A stretch of 64,000 nt of DNA from a virus: the IMG/VR virus record IMGVR_UViG_3300010400_000002, positions 1 through 64,000 of that record, one strand, 5' to 3'. Position numbers and translations under genes: made by a program. Positions 47,642 to 55,614 of this stretch are shown piece after piece (position 1 is the first letter of the stretch; each line of letters opens with the position of its first letter). The notes under the pieces were generated by a model, which saw only the letters and a list, made by a program, of their open reading frames with translations, had not been told where the DNA came from and made no database searches.

Positions 47642-48241
47642 AAACAGTACCATAGCGGTGCGAACCCAACCATGCCAGCGCCTAACAGAACCATATCCAA
47701 CAATACCGAGCCTTACACGATCACACCATACCGGCTTTCCAGCCCGTTCCATGCCATACCTCTACTTACATCAGCCAACCATACAGGACTAAAGCAAGCC
47801 ATTGCTAACCTATCCCGACCATACCGACTCTTTCGAGTCCGTACCCAACCGAACCATACCGAACACAAGCGAACCGCGCCGACGCCGAAGCTAACAATAC
47901 CATTCCCGATACTACCGCGCTCGACATAAGCTGACCAATCCATACCAAACCGGAGATAATTTTCCCGTTCCTTACCATACTCAACCGAACATTACCTAAG
48001 CCAGCCGTACCCTGCATAACCGAAGCTGACCGAACCGACTGAAATTAATCAGTCCGTACCACGCCGTACACTACCATTCCAAACAAAATTGAACCGTATC
48101 CCGCCATGCCGAATCGAACCTTACCACAACACACGGAACACCACCATGCACTACCATACCGGCTTTTAAAAAGCCCGCACCAAACCAAAACTCAGCTAAC
48201 CGGACAAAACCGAACTCCACATAACCCCGCCCCGGCAAACC
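47642..48241 (-). ncRNA. GGY-NN pentamer array: six putative guide-RNA units separated by five hairpins
   Basis: About 104 in-register pentamers (55 exact GGT/GGC by manual count; two 6-nt units); hairpins at 47733-47744, 47826-47839, 47952-47965, 48037-48054, 48161-48175. Confidence 0.85.
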
Positions 48242-48246
48242 GGAAT

Positions 48247-48873
48247 TTAATCTTCAATGACATCATAATTCTTAATAGCAAATCTTCCATATGACGGTCT
48301 GAAATCTCCAACGCCGCACAATCTTCCTGCCTGTACCAACGTGTCAATAAACAATGCCACATCAATATACTCAGGCAACTGAATCATGAATTGACATTTG
48401 CAAGTCCATCCTGATTTTAATGCAGGACGAGTGCGATTAATGCCTGACCGCTGAATAACAACACGCCGACGATCTTCATAATCCCATTCTTTCTTTCCTA
48501 AAGAGCAAAGTGGAGTTAATGAGATTACTCCTGCTTTGAATAAGTCCATTGCCGACTTACGAGGCGAGCGAGGGTCTTGTTTGAACTTTGATGCAGCGAT
48601 ACAACTCATGCGAAAATATTCACCCGGGATACAGAGAAATCCTTTATCATCCCGATAGACGTAGCTTTCGAGATCATCAGTTTTTTTAGCAGCAGAATTT
48701 TTTTTCGCTTTCGCTTTTTCATCTACTGCCTCTGCATTCCATCGGTGAAACAGCATGTCGGCTGTACCTTGAAATGTTACTTCAATCATGAACGGTTCTG
48801 AATGTTCAATGACTTTCTTTGCGCCGTTTGTTGGCTCACTCACATTCTTAGCGAGTGTTTTTGCTGTACTCAT
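48247..48873 (-). CDS. Stand-alone RAMP/Cas7-like RNA-binding protein
   Basis: IEVTFQGTADMLFH (beta-1), LCIPGEYFRMSC (cf. IPGSSLKG of Csm3/Cmr4-type RAMPs), RTRP, C-terminal Gly-rich loop AGRLCGVGDFRPSYGRF. Confidence 0.8.
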   Translation of the reverse strand: MSTAKTLAKNVSEPTNGAKKVIEHSEPFMIEVTFQGTADMLFHRWNAEAVDEKAKAKKNSAAKKTDDLESYVYRDDKGFLCIPGEYFRMSCIAASKFKQDPRSPRKSAMDLFKAGVISLTPLCSLGKKEWDYEDRRRVVIQRSGINRTRPALKSGWTCKCQFMIQLPEYIDVALFIDTLVQAGRLCGVGDFRPSYGRFAIKNYDVIED

Positions 48874-48889
48874 AATTATGAAATTAAAA

Positions 48890-48991
48890 AGCCCCTACGA
48901 CAAATGGTTCAAACCTTCACCGTTAGGAGAAAGTACATCTGCTTTCAGGGCTGTTTGGAAATGTCGTGATTGACACGATGAAAGTTTGAAC
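48890..48991 (-). promoter_or_regulatory. Structured 5' leader of the RAMP gene
   Basis: 16-bp stem GUUCAAACUUUCAUCG/CGGUGAAGGUUUGAAC plus alternative pairings AGCCCU/GGGGCU and ACGACA/UGUCGU. Confidence 0.7.
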
Positions 48992-48995
48992 GAGG

Positions 48996-49028
48996 CAAAT
49001 ATAAGGTGAGGGTATTACTAAATGCAAA
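48996..49028 (-). promoter_or_regulatory. Bacteroidota primary-sigma promoter for the RAMP-array unit
   Basis: TTTG (49028-49025), 21-nt spacer, TATATTTG (49003-48996); matches TTTG-N19-21-TAnnTTTG. Confidence 0.75.
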
Positions 49029-49135
49029 TCAGGATATAAACATTCGATTCACATAAATTGTCCTTTGTCAATCCATAGTGGCTTGTCGCCGTTCATCATG
49101 GAAAGATACTTCTGCTTAATTTTTTTGGCTCTCAT

Positions 49136-49732
49136 TTATATTTCAATTGAGTTATTCACTTCATTGCCTAATAAATCCCATCCCTCATATTCATAATTAG
49201 GGAACATTCCTTCACGTTCCCTTGCGAATAACTCCAATCGTTTAGGCTCTTCGAAAACCCTGTCAGTGACCTTCATTATCAATTCGCGGAAGTAATGCGG
49301 TTTCTGTGAGTGCTTACCAACTTTCTGTTCGTGAAGATCACCGAAGTCAAATTCCGAAGCATAGAAATTACAGGTTTGTTCTCTGAAGGCAGTAACATTT
49401 CCTTTAATTCCTAATAGCAGATGTTCGCATTGACCACGAAACCAATATCCCATTCCCTGACTCATTACCTTTCGCCACGTCATCATTGTCTTATACTTAA
49501 ATCCCCACGCAGCCATTACCTCAAAGGCTTCCGGCAATAGCGGAACGGTTGCCCCTAAGAACAACACCGAATTTTTCTCAGAAGGAATTTGCATTGCCTT
49601 GATATCATCAAGCGGCATCGTTTCATATTTTGTATGAGCGCCACTTCCTTCCGGCTGATCTCCATTAGTTCGCCCTGTCTTTTTATTCTCGTAAGACCAC
49701 GGCGGATCTGCGTAAATGACATTGTACTTCAT
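49136..49732 (-). CDS. MT-A70 family adenine methyltransferase
   Basis: YNVIYADPPW, AWGFKY, MGYWFRGQCEHLLLG, HSQKP, LELFAR. Confidence 0.9.
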   Translation of the reverse strand: MKYNVIYADPPWSYENKKTGRTNGDQPEGSGAHTKYETMPLDDIKAMQIPSEKNSVLFLGATVPLLPEAFEVMAAWGFKYKTMMTWRKVMSQGMGYWFRGQCEHLLLGIKGNVTAFREQTCNFYASEFDFGDLHEQKVGKHSQKPHYFRELIMKVTDRVFEEPKRLELFAREREGMFPNYEYEGWDLLGNEVNNSIEI

Positions 49733-49948
49733 GCCGAAAGTTTTTTCACTCTAATATCCACAATCCACCTGAAAAAGCACAGGGAGAGAATCTTAAATTT
49801 CCCGTCCTTACAGTGATGGACTCCGTGGACGAGGCTGAACTTTAGGATGGAGGGGTTGGGTAATAATTTCATGGTGTATATTTAGTGATCTTAAACGTAA
49901 AAAACTCCTTCCCCTTCGCCACGATCTCCTTCTCCACGACAAGCCGGA

Positions 49949-50686
49949 CTAACACACTTTCTTCTGAACATGAATACCATAAGAGTCCGTTATTTTATGG
50001 CATGGCTTACATAATGTTAATCCGTTATCCACATCCCATAATAACTTACAGGAAAGAGCATCAATAGTGTCCTTCAAATTGAATTGATAGATAATATTTG
50101 CTAAACTTATTTTATGATGGCATTCCAACCTAACATTATTTTTACCACAGTTTTGGCAAGTGAAATTATCTCTCTTATAAACACTCAATCTCCATTGATT
50201 ATATTCAACCAATCTTCTTATCTTATCTTTAATAATATTAAACCCTTTTCCCTTCCCATATCTCCAATGATTCGTTCCGCTAATTCTAAGCCTCGCTTCT
50301 AAAGTATACTTTTTGTTTCGGGTGAACGCCTTTCCTTTCATAAAGGCACTGTGCGCTGGTCTCTGTCTACCTAATTTAAAAACATGATAGCATTGTTGAG
50401 AACAGAATTTTCTTTTTAGTGATTTGGAAAATTTAATATCTCTATTACAGATGGAGCATTTTGATTTCACCTTTCCTTTTCCAAAATCATTAGTCATACA
50501 TATGACGTCACAATATATCCGCTTACATTTCTTTTTACAGTACCTACAATTATTTAGAATAGTTATCTTTCTTTTTCTTCTTTTTCTTATTCTTGAGCAT
50601 GTTTCCGAACAAGTTGTTCTGTTATTAAGTTGACATGGAAATACTTTGAATGGTGCATTACAAACAATACAGTTCTTAGTAATCAT
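49949..50686 (-). CDS. HNH endonuclease with N-terminal Cys-rich zinc-finger repeats
   Basis: WRLSVYKRDNFTCQNCG...LECHH...NGLTLCKPCH; true start likely MITKNC at 50686. Confidence 0.85.
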   Translation of the reverse strand: MITKNCIVCNAPFKVFPCQLNNRTTCSETCSRIRKRRKRKITILNNCRYCKKKCKRIYCDVICMTNDFGKGKVKSKCSICNRDIKFSKSLKRKFCSQQCYHVFKLGRQRPAHSAFMKGKAFTRNKKYTLEARLRISGTNHWRYGKGKGFNIIKDKIRRLVEYNQWRLSVYKRDNFTCQNCGKNNVRLECHHKISLANIIYQFNLKDTIDALSCKLLWDVDNGLTLCKPCHKITDSYGIHVQKKVC

Positions 50687-50699
50687 CTTAAAAAAGATA

Positions 50700-50813
50700 G
50701 CCGCTGGCAATGGTGGCTTATCAACACAATCCGTAGGGAAGGAGTTGCACCAAAGCAGCGGCGTTTTTTGTTGAAGATGTTCATGGATTGAATTGATAAG
50801 CATTGCAAATTTA
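50700..50813 (-). promoter_or_regulatory. Promoter plus structured leader of the HNH gene
   Basis: TAAATTTG (50813-50806); long stem GCUUAUCAAUUCAAUCC/GGAUUGUGUUGAUAAGC; alternative pairing GCCGCUG/CAGCGGC. Confidence 0.65.
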
Positions 50814-50814
50814 A

Positions 50815-51318
50815 TTAAACTTCTTTTATTTCAATTTTATTAATTGCAAACATCAACTTCTTCTTCAGTCGGTAAACTGCTAACTTCCTTGTCATCTTCG
50901 ACTTTACATCTTCAACAACCTTAACTCCTTTCTCAAAATAACTGAAGTCACTCCGATAATAGCACACCTGTTGACCATTGATTATTAGCGGAAATTCTTC
51001 CTGTAACTGCAAATCCGTAATCTCACGATTCTTCTGCATATCGGATAGAATCAAGTAACGGCGGTACTCTTTCTCCGAATCGAATTTCAATCCTTCTTTG
51101 GTGACTACCTTCTTGTTTCGGTACTTGGGTAATTTCTTTGATTCCTGCACCCTTGCTTTAACGCTGTCAGGCGACTTCGCTTTGGAGATAGCAGCGGTGG
51201 GTTTGGGGCTTGCGTGGCTCAGAGGGCTTGTTTTGACGTTCTTTCTGTCCAACAAGATTTCATCGAGGGATTTGCCCTTGTGGTATTGGTGATACTCTTC
51301 AACCGACAACACTGTCAT
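50815..51318 (-). CDS. DUF1064-family PD-(D/E)xK endonuclease
   Basis: KYRNKKV...FDSEKEYRRY...LQLQEEF...YRSDFSY...VVEDVKS...YRLKKKL. Confidence 0.85.
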   Translation of the reverse strand: MTVLSVEEYHQYHKGKSLDEILLDRKNVKTSPLSHASPKPTAAISKAKSPDSVKARVQESKKLPKYRNKKVVTKEGLKFDSEKEYRRYLILSDMQKNREITDLQLQEEFPLIINGQQVCYYRSDFSYFEKGVKVVEDVKSKMTRKLAVYRLKKKLMFAINKIEIKEV

Positions 51319-51569
51319 ATCCCAAAAGTTTTATTCCTGGAATCAATCTGCTTACAAGCCAAGTCAACTTGCACAGATTCATCATCACGCAATGAATCGT
51401 GATAGCGGATAATAAATTCTCGCAGTGATTCATTAACCTCCTGTTCAAATAACACTTCTTCCATATTGTCACTTCTTACCTGCCATAGCCCAGAATCTTT
51501 GTACAGGGGTCTGTTTTCAGGAAGTGCATCAATCAGGTCTTGTGTTGAGAATGTTGTGTAGTCGTTCAT
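51315..51569 (-). CDS. Hypothetical protein
   Basis: 84-aa ORF with ATGA coupling. Confidence 0.5.
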   Translation of the reverse strand: MNDYTTFSTQDLIDALPENRPLYKDSGLWQVRSDNMEEVLFEQEVNESLREFIIRYHDSLRDDESVQVDLACKQIDSRNKTFGI

Positions 51570-51716
51570 AGTTTCGGTATTTGCTTTGTCATTAACTGAA
51601 ATCGTATTCTCTCCTTCTCACTCTCCGGCAATGCAGCCCAATGATCTACGGGCTGAGTGCGGTAGTGCTTCTCAATCCACCGTGTGAAGTCGGACTGAAA
51701 CTTCTTGAGCATTTTA

Positions 51717-52169
51717 TCATTCTTCATCTTCATTTATTTTCACTAAAACCTCTTCAACTTCAGGTTGCATATAGTATTGATATTTCAGTACGTTGTCACG
51801 AGGCACAAGCGCAGTGATTAATTGCCTTTCCATCAGTTGAGCTATCTCAGCACTCGCGCAATTTATTATCCCCACTTCGTAACGTTTCCAATAATATTCT
51901 GTTTCGGCATTGTAACTGTTGAGGCGAATGTACTCTCCGTACCCAATCCACCTTACGTCCGTCCATTGTTGGAAGTGCCTGTACAGTACCCGCCATGCAT
52001 TAGTTGAACTGAATCCTATGTAAACGATTATGCCGTCCTCTTTTATAATGTAACATCCCGGCTTCTCTACTTTATCGCTTCTCTTGATGCCACAAATACG
52101 ACGCTGCCCGCGCTTACCCGTGTAGACAGGATGGAAAGTGAATTGCTTTAGGAGTTCACACATTTTCAT
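51717..52169 (-). CDS. GIY-YIG nuclease-like protein
   Basis: PGCYII...IVYIGFS...R...HF...E.QLI...P.DN. Confidence 0.75.
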   Translation of the reverse strand: MKMCELLKQFTFHPVYTGKRGQRRICGIKRSDKVEKPGCYIIKEDGIIVYIGFSSTNAWRVLYRHFQQWTDVRWIGYGEYIRLNSYNAETEYYWKRYEVGIINCASAEIAQLMERQLITALVPRDNVLKYQYYMQPEVEEVLVKINEDEE

Positions 52170-52771
52170 TCAATTTCATCTTTATCATTCGTCCAATCCT
52201 TCAATCTCTTCTCCTCCCGCTCCTGGTTGCGTTGCATCTTTGAATCATAATCATCATTGTCAGGATTACGGAGAATGTCAAATATCCCTGTGCGATGATC
52301 TTCTAAGTTTTGCTTGCGTTCAAAATAATCATCGGTCTTATCGGCGTACAACTCTTTGTCGGCGTTGCTACGGTTACATAGTTCATCGAGGGCATTGTCA
52401 TCTTCAGGTGGCTTGATCGCAATAGCGAGTCCTGCTTCTATTAATCCGAATAAGTCGAATGACTTTTTCAAACGATGCGCTGTTATTCTTGCGCAATGTT
52501 CAGCGCCAGTGATTTGCTCACCCCATGATTTTGAAAGTGACAGTTCTTCAAGTTGTTCTTCTCTGGTTTGTGAAGAAAGCGGGCGAAGGATGGGCTTAAA
52601 GGGGTAGTGCCATTGCTTCAATAAGATATGACGCAATAAATCAGGAGTTAAAGTTAATTCTCCTTCTTTATGCCCATTGCTCGTAATGCCCAAACACCCT
52701 AAATACAAGTGTAGATAATCTTCAATTTTATTTTCCATCGTTGTTGGTTTTATATTCAGTTTGTGGATCAT
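52166..52771 (-). CDS. Bacteroidota-phage hypothetical protein
   Basis: KPILRPLS...FDLFGLIEAGLAI motif. Confidence 0.6.
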   Translation of the reverse strand: MIHKLNIKPTTMENKIEDYLHLYLGCLGITSNGHKEGELTLTPDLLRHILLKQWHYPFKPILRPLSSQTREEQLEELSLSKSWGEQITGAEHCARITAHRLKKSFDLFGLIEAGLAIAIKPPEDDNALDELCNRSNADKELYADKTDDYFERKQNLEDHRTGIFDILRNPDNDDYDSKMQRNQEREEKRLKDWTNDKDEIE

Positions 52772-52925
52772 CCGTTACAGGTAACTCCTCTTGCAGCATC
52801 TTGTGTATCGCCCATCTCACTCCCTCTCTCCAATAGTAGCGTTCATCATCGGTGAGGTTTTCTTGCGCTAAGGATGCGTTCATTATTTCGTCGGATGTAA
52901 TTAGCATGGTTAATCATTTTTTAGA

Positions 52926-53303
52926 TTATTCAACATGGTTTACAACTCCATTAACTTGTGGCTTACCCCATTTTCTCTTTTTGTTCTTAGCAAGTTTCTT
53001 ATACGTGTCACTAAGTAATTCTTCGGCGGTGAGTCCATACTTTGCCGCAGCCCCTATTAGCAACATAAAACAATCTGCAAATTCCTCTCGTATTTCTTCG
53101 CTTCCCAACTCCTTATAATTTTTTGGCTCATGCTTGTTTGGATTAACCCAAAACATATCTACTAATTCTTTTAACTCACCAACCTCTTCTTCTAAATGAT
53201 TCATCATAGCAACGATAGTTCGGTTGTAGCTAAATTTATCGTGACCGAATGTCTTTATCTGCCATTCATCAACTTCAGTCATTAGTTTTTGTAAGTCGCT
53301 CAT
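52926..53303 (-). CDS. MazG-like / DUF550 dNTP pyrophosphohydrolase
   Basis: WQIKTFG...HLEEEVGEL...EEFADC...KLAKNKKRKW. Confidence 0.8.
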   Translation of the reverse strand: MSDLQKLMTEVDEWQIKTFGHDKFSYNRTIVAMMNHLEEEVGELKELVDMFWVNPNKHEPKNYKELGSEEIREEFADCFMLLIGAAAKYGLTAEELLSDTYKKLAKNKKRKWGKPQVNGVVNHVE

Positions 53304-53347
53304 AGGTTTACTTTTTAGGAGTCAAAGGGTGCTGTTCAAAGTAGCGT

Positions 53348-54454
53348 TTAAAAAGGAAATTCTTGTGCTTCATCAGTTTCTTTAACAAGGGGCACTAATC
53401 TGCTCGGCGGTGCATAATCATCTTCTGTCGGTAATCCCTTTTCAGGAAATCTACTCCAGTCACAATTATAGGTTTTTTCAGTCAATGGATTCCAATTGTT
53501 GCGATCAACAAATCCAACATTGCCTTTTATCATCTGCAATAACACAGGTGAATCTTTCATCGTCGGAAATCCACCGGTTTCGGTTTCTTTTATCTTGCGC
53601 ACATGAAGCTGTGTCACACGCCAATCCAATTCATGGTTGGTTAATCGGTGAATAGTGAGAAAATCATCTGCCTTGCTTGCGAACTTCGTTCCTCCCTCGG
53701 TGTCGGCTTTATTCGGAGCAACAGCATAACCATTATCTAATTTCCTGAACGCTCCGGTAACAGCATGGCAGTTAAGATAAATGCAACAATCATTTTTGCG
53801 GGTGAAGTGTTGAAAGGCTAAACATGCTTCGTAATGGTATGAATGTGAATTGCTGTTCGTGGCTTCATGCAGTGAATTGTATGGGTCAATCAGGATTCCA
53901 TCAATTTTTACTTTCTGCATTTTTCTTAACGAGATGTCAAGGATATTTCTATAGGTATAAGCCTCGTCATTGCGCATGAGAAAAAAATGTTCACGTATAA
54001 ATTGCCTGCTCTTTTTATCATCCTCTTCAGGAATATATTTTATCCAATTAGCATTTAGGTACTCAACACAATGGCGGGTGAAACTTCCCTTTGAATTTTC
54101 TCCGGTAAAAACAATCCACTTCCACCCATATTTTTTTGCCGTTAACAGAATCATGAACCATAGTAGCGTTGACTTACCTACATTGTCATATCCATTGATT
54201 ACATTGAAGTGGGCACGTTTAAACCGGAAGTTAGAATCAATGCTTGGTGATCCTGTACTAAGCCCCATTTGAAAGGTATCATCACGAATTGAGTCAAGGT
54301 ATTTATCTACTCCATCAAGACTAAAGATCGCTTCATCATCAATTTCCTTTGGGGTGATTACCTCCTCTGGAATATGGTTTACATACTTAGGCTTTATCCC
54401 GGGTTGAGATATTGTGACCGGACGAAAGATTATTCGCTTGCTGGTGCTTTCCAT
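53348..54454 (-). CDS. SF4 (DnaB/T7 gp4-like) replicative helicase without a primase domain
   Basis: GLSTG, Walker A GYDNVGKST, Walker B ILIDPY, LNCHA, KADDFLTIHR, VRKIK. Confidence 0.85.
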   Translation of the reverse strand: MESTSKRIIFRPVTISQPGIKPKYVNHIPEEVITPKEIDDEAIFSLDGVDKYLDSIRDDTFQMGLSTGSPSIDSNFRFKRAHFNVINGYDNVGKSTLLWFMILLTAKKYGWKWIVFTGENSKGSFTRHCVEYLNANWIKYIPEEDDKKSRQFIREHFFLMRNDEAYTYRNILDISLRKMQKVKIDGILIDPYNSLHEATNSNSHSYHYEACLAFQHFTRKNDCCIYLNCHAVTGAFRKLDNGYAVAPNKADTEGGTKFASKADDFLTIHRLTNHELDWRVTQLHVRKIKETETGGFPTMKDSPVLLQMIKGNVGFVDRNNWNPLTEKTYNCDWSRFPEKGLPTEDDYAPPSRLVPLVKETDEAQEFPF

Positions 54455-54750
54455 TTAGAAGTTAATTCTTCTACTTGTGTTAGAATCTCCAATGCTTCCT
54501 TCACGGTTTCATCACGATCCTGTTTTACAAGTTCTATTTGCTCCATCAGGATTTCGGTGGTATTGATGTAACGGGCGATTGTATCTAAAAATTTATTCTC
54601 TCGGTCAACATACGCTTTATTTGCTCCTTCCTTCGCAGCGTAATCTTTCAGGTACAATTCCTTTCGCTTTATTTCGTCAGCCACTTCTTCAAAAACTGAT
54701 AACTGAATATGCTTGGCTCTCAAGTAATCGGTAGTGTCAAATTGCTTCAT
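54430..54750 (-). CDS. Hypothetical protein
   Basis: 106-aa ORF between initiator and helicase. Confidence 0.55.
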   Translation of the reverse strand: MKQFDTTDYLRAKHIQLSVFEEVADEIKRKELYLKDYAAKEGANKAYVDRENKFLDTIARYINTTEILMEQIELVKQDRDETVKEALEILTQVEELTSKWKAPASE

Positions 54751-55604
54751 CGTGGTTTATCCTCCTCGGCTATTTGTGGTGCTCCATGAATCATTTCGTT
54801 CATTTGATGGTATCGCTGCGTGGCTGAAGTAATCTGGGTTTCATAGTGAATGCCGTTCGTGGTAAGCGGTCTTGTTTCTTTTGGGGACTCCTCCTCCCAG
54901 CACCTTTGATTAATCCATGTCTGTAGGTGCTTCCATTCCGGAATAAATTTTCCAGGAATTGCAGAATCTTGTTGGCGTCGGAAAATTTGGTTTTTTAAAG
55001 CTGGCTCAAGTAGCGGTAGGGCTGTTTCCCAATCCGCATGCTTTTTCTTGAAGTTGTCAAACTCGGTTTTATTGCCGCGTTTATTTCCTTCGTATAATTT
55101 TCGGAAACTATCAAACACTATTTCACTATTATCTAATCTATTCTTATCTAATCTATTCTTATGTTGCCGTTCCGTTGTCCCTTCCGTTGCAGTTCCGTTG
55201 GCAACGGAATTTTCAGTATTATTATTTTCCGTTGAATTATATTGTTTTTTTCTTTTTTCGGCACTTTTTTCTCCTGCCTTCTTTGCAGACTCCCATGTTT
55301 TCAATCTCTTTTGAAGTCCTCTTGAAGTGAATTTGCCCCGAAACTCCTGAAACAAATCTATACGGATTGCATCCCGATACCATGTTAAAAAACGCGGTTC
55401 GTCCTTACATCCAATAGTTCCACAAAGCATCTGTAAATCGCCGTCTGTGCTGCTCCAAGAATAGTCCTCTTGGTTGCGCAGAACTTCAATCACATCCCAA
55501 TAAATTCCCTTTGCCCAGTGGGTATGTATTTGCACCATCTTGAGGAGTTTTAGATCCCTCCCTGCGTTTGATTCGTGCCTGAACCAGTATGAGTCTGCAG
55601 CCAT
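54747..55604 (-). CDS. Replication initiator protein (DUF4373/Lin1244-like N-terminus)
   Basis: YWFRHESNAGRDLKL...GIYWDVIEVL; low-complexity linker; C-terminal FDSFRKLY...KHLQTWINQRCWEEE. Confidence 0.75.
   Translation of the reverse strand: MAADSYWFRHESNAGRDLKLLKMVQIHTHWAKGIYWDVIEVLRNQEDYSWSSTDGDLQMLCGTIGCKDEPRFLTWYRDAIRIDLFQEFRGKFTSRGLQKRLKTWESAKKAGEKSAEKRKKQYNSTENNNTENSVANGTATEGTTERQHKNRLDKNRLDNSEIVFDSFRKLYEGNKRGNKTEFDNFKKKHADWETALPLLEPALKNQIFRRQQDSAIPGKFIPEWKHLQTWINQRCWEEESPKETRPLTTNGIHYETQITSATQRYHQMNEMIHGAPQIAEEDKPR
55129..55234. repeat. Iteron-like repeats; putative replication origin inside the initiator gene
   Basis: TTATCTAATCTATTC x2 tandem; TTCCGTTG at 55170, 55182, 55193 and 55227, plus an inverted copy at 55202; AT-rich flank. 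Confidence 0.65.
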
Positions 55605-55614
55605 TCTTTAAATG

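Noticed and set aside
47642-48241. Canonical CRISPR array or simple microsatellite
   Set aside because: There are no identical 25-45-nt repeats with spacers, and the pentamers are not clonal copies; variation is concentrated in two fixed positions.
47672-48294. Short ORFs over the array (47672-47929 +, 47713-47943 -, 47805-48017 -, 48106-48294 +)
   Set aside because: Their Pro/Thr- or Gly/Val/Trp-rich text is a by-product of the 5-nt periodicity; hairpins and a terminator point to non-coding RNA.
50687-50803. N-terminal extensions of ORFs 49949-50803 and 55803-56837
   Set aside because: They run through a structured leader and a tRNA-like gene respectively; the downstream ATGs at 50686 and 56762 fit better.
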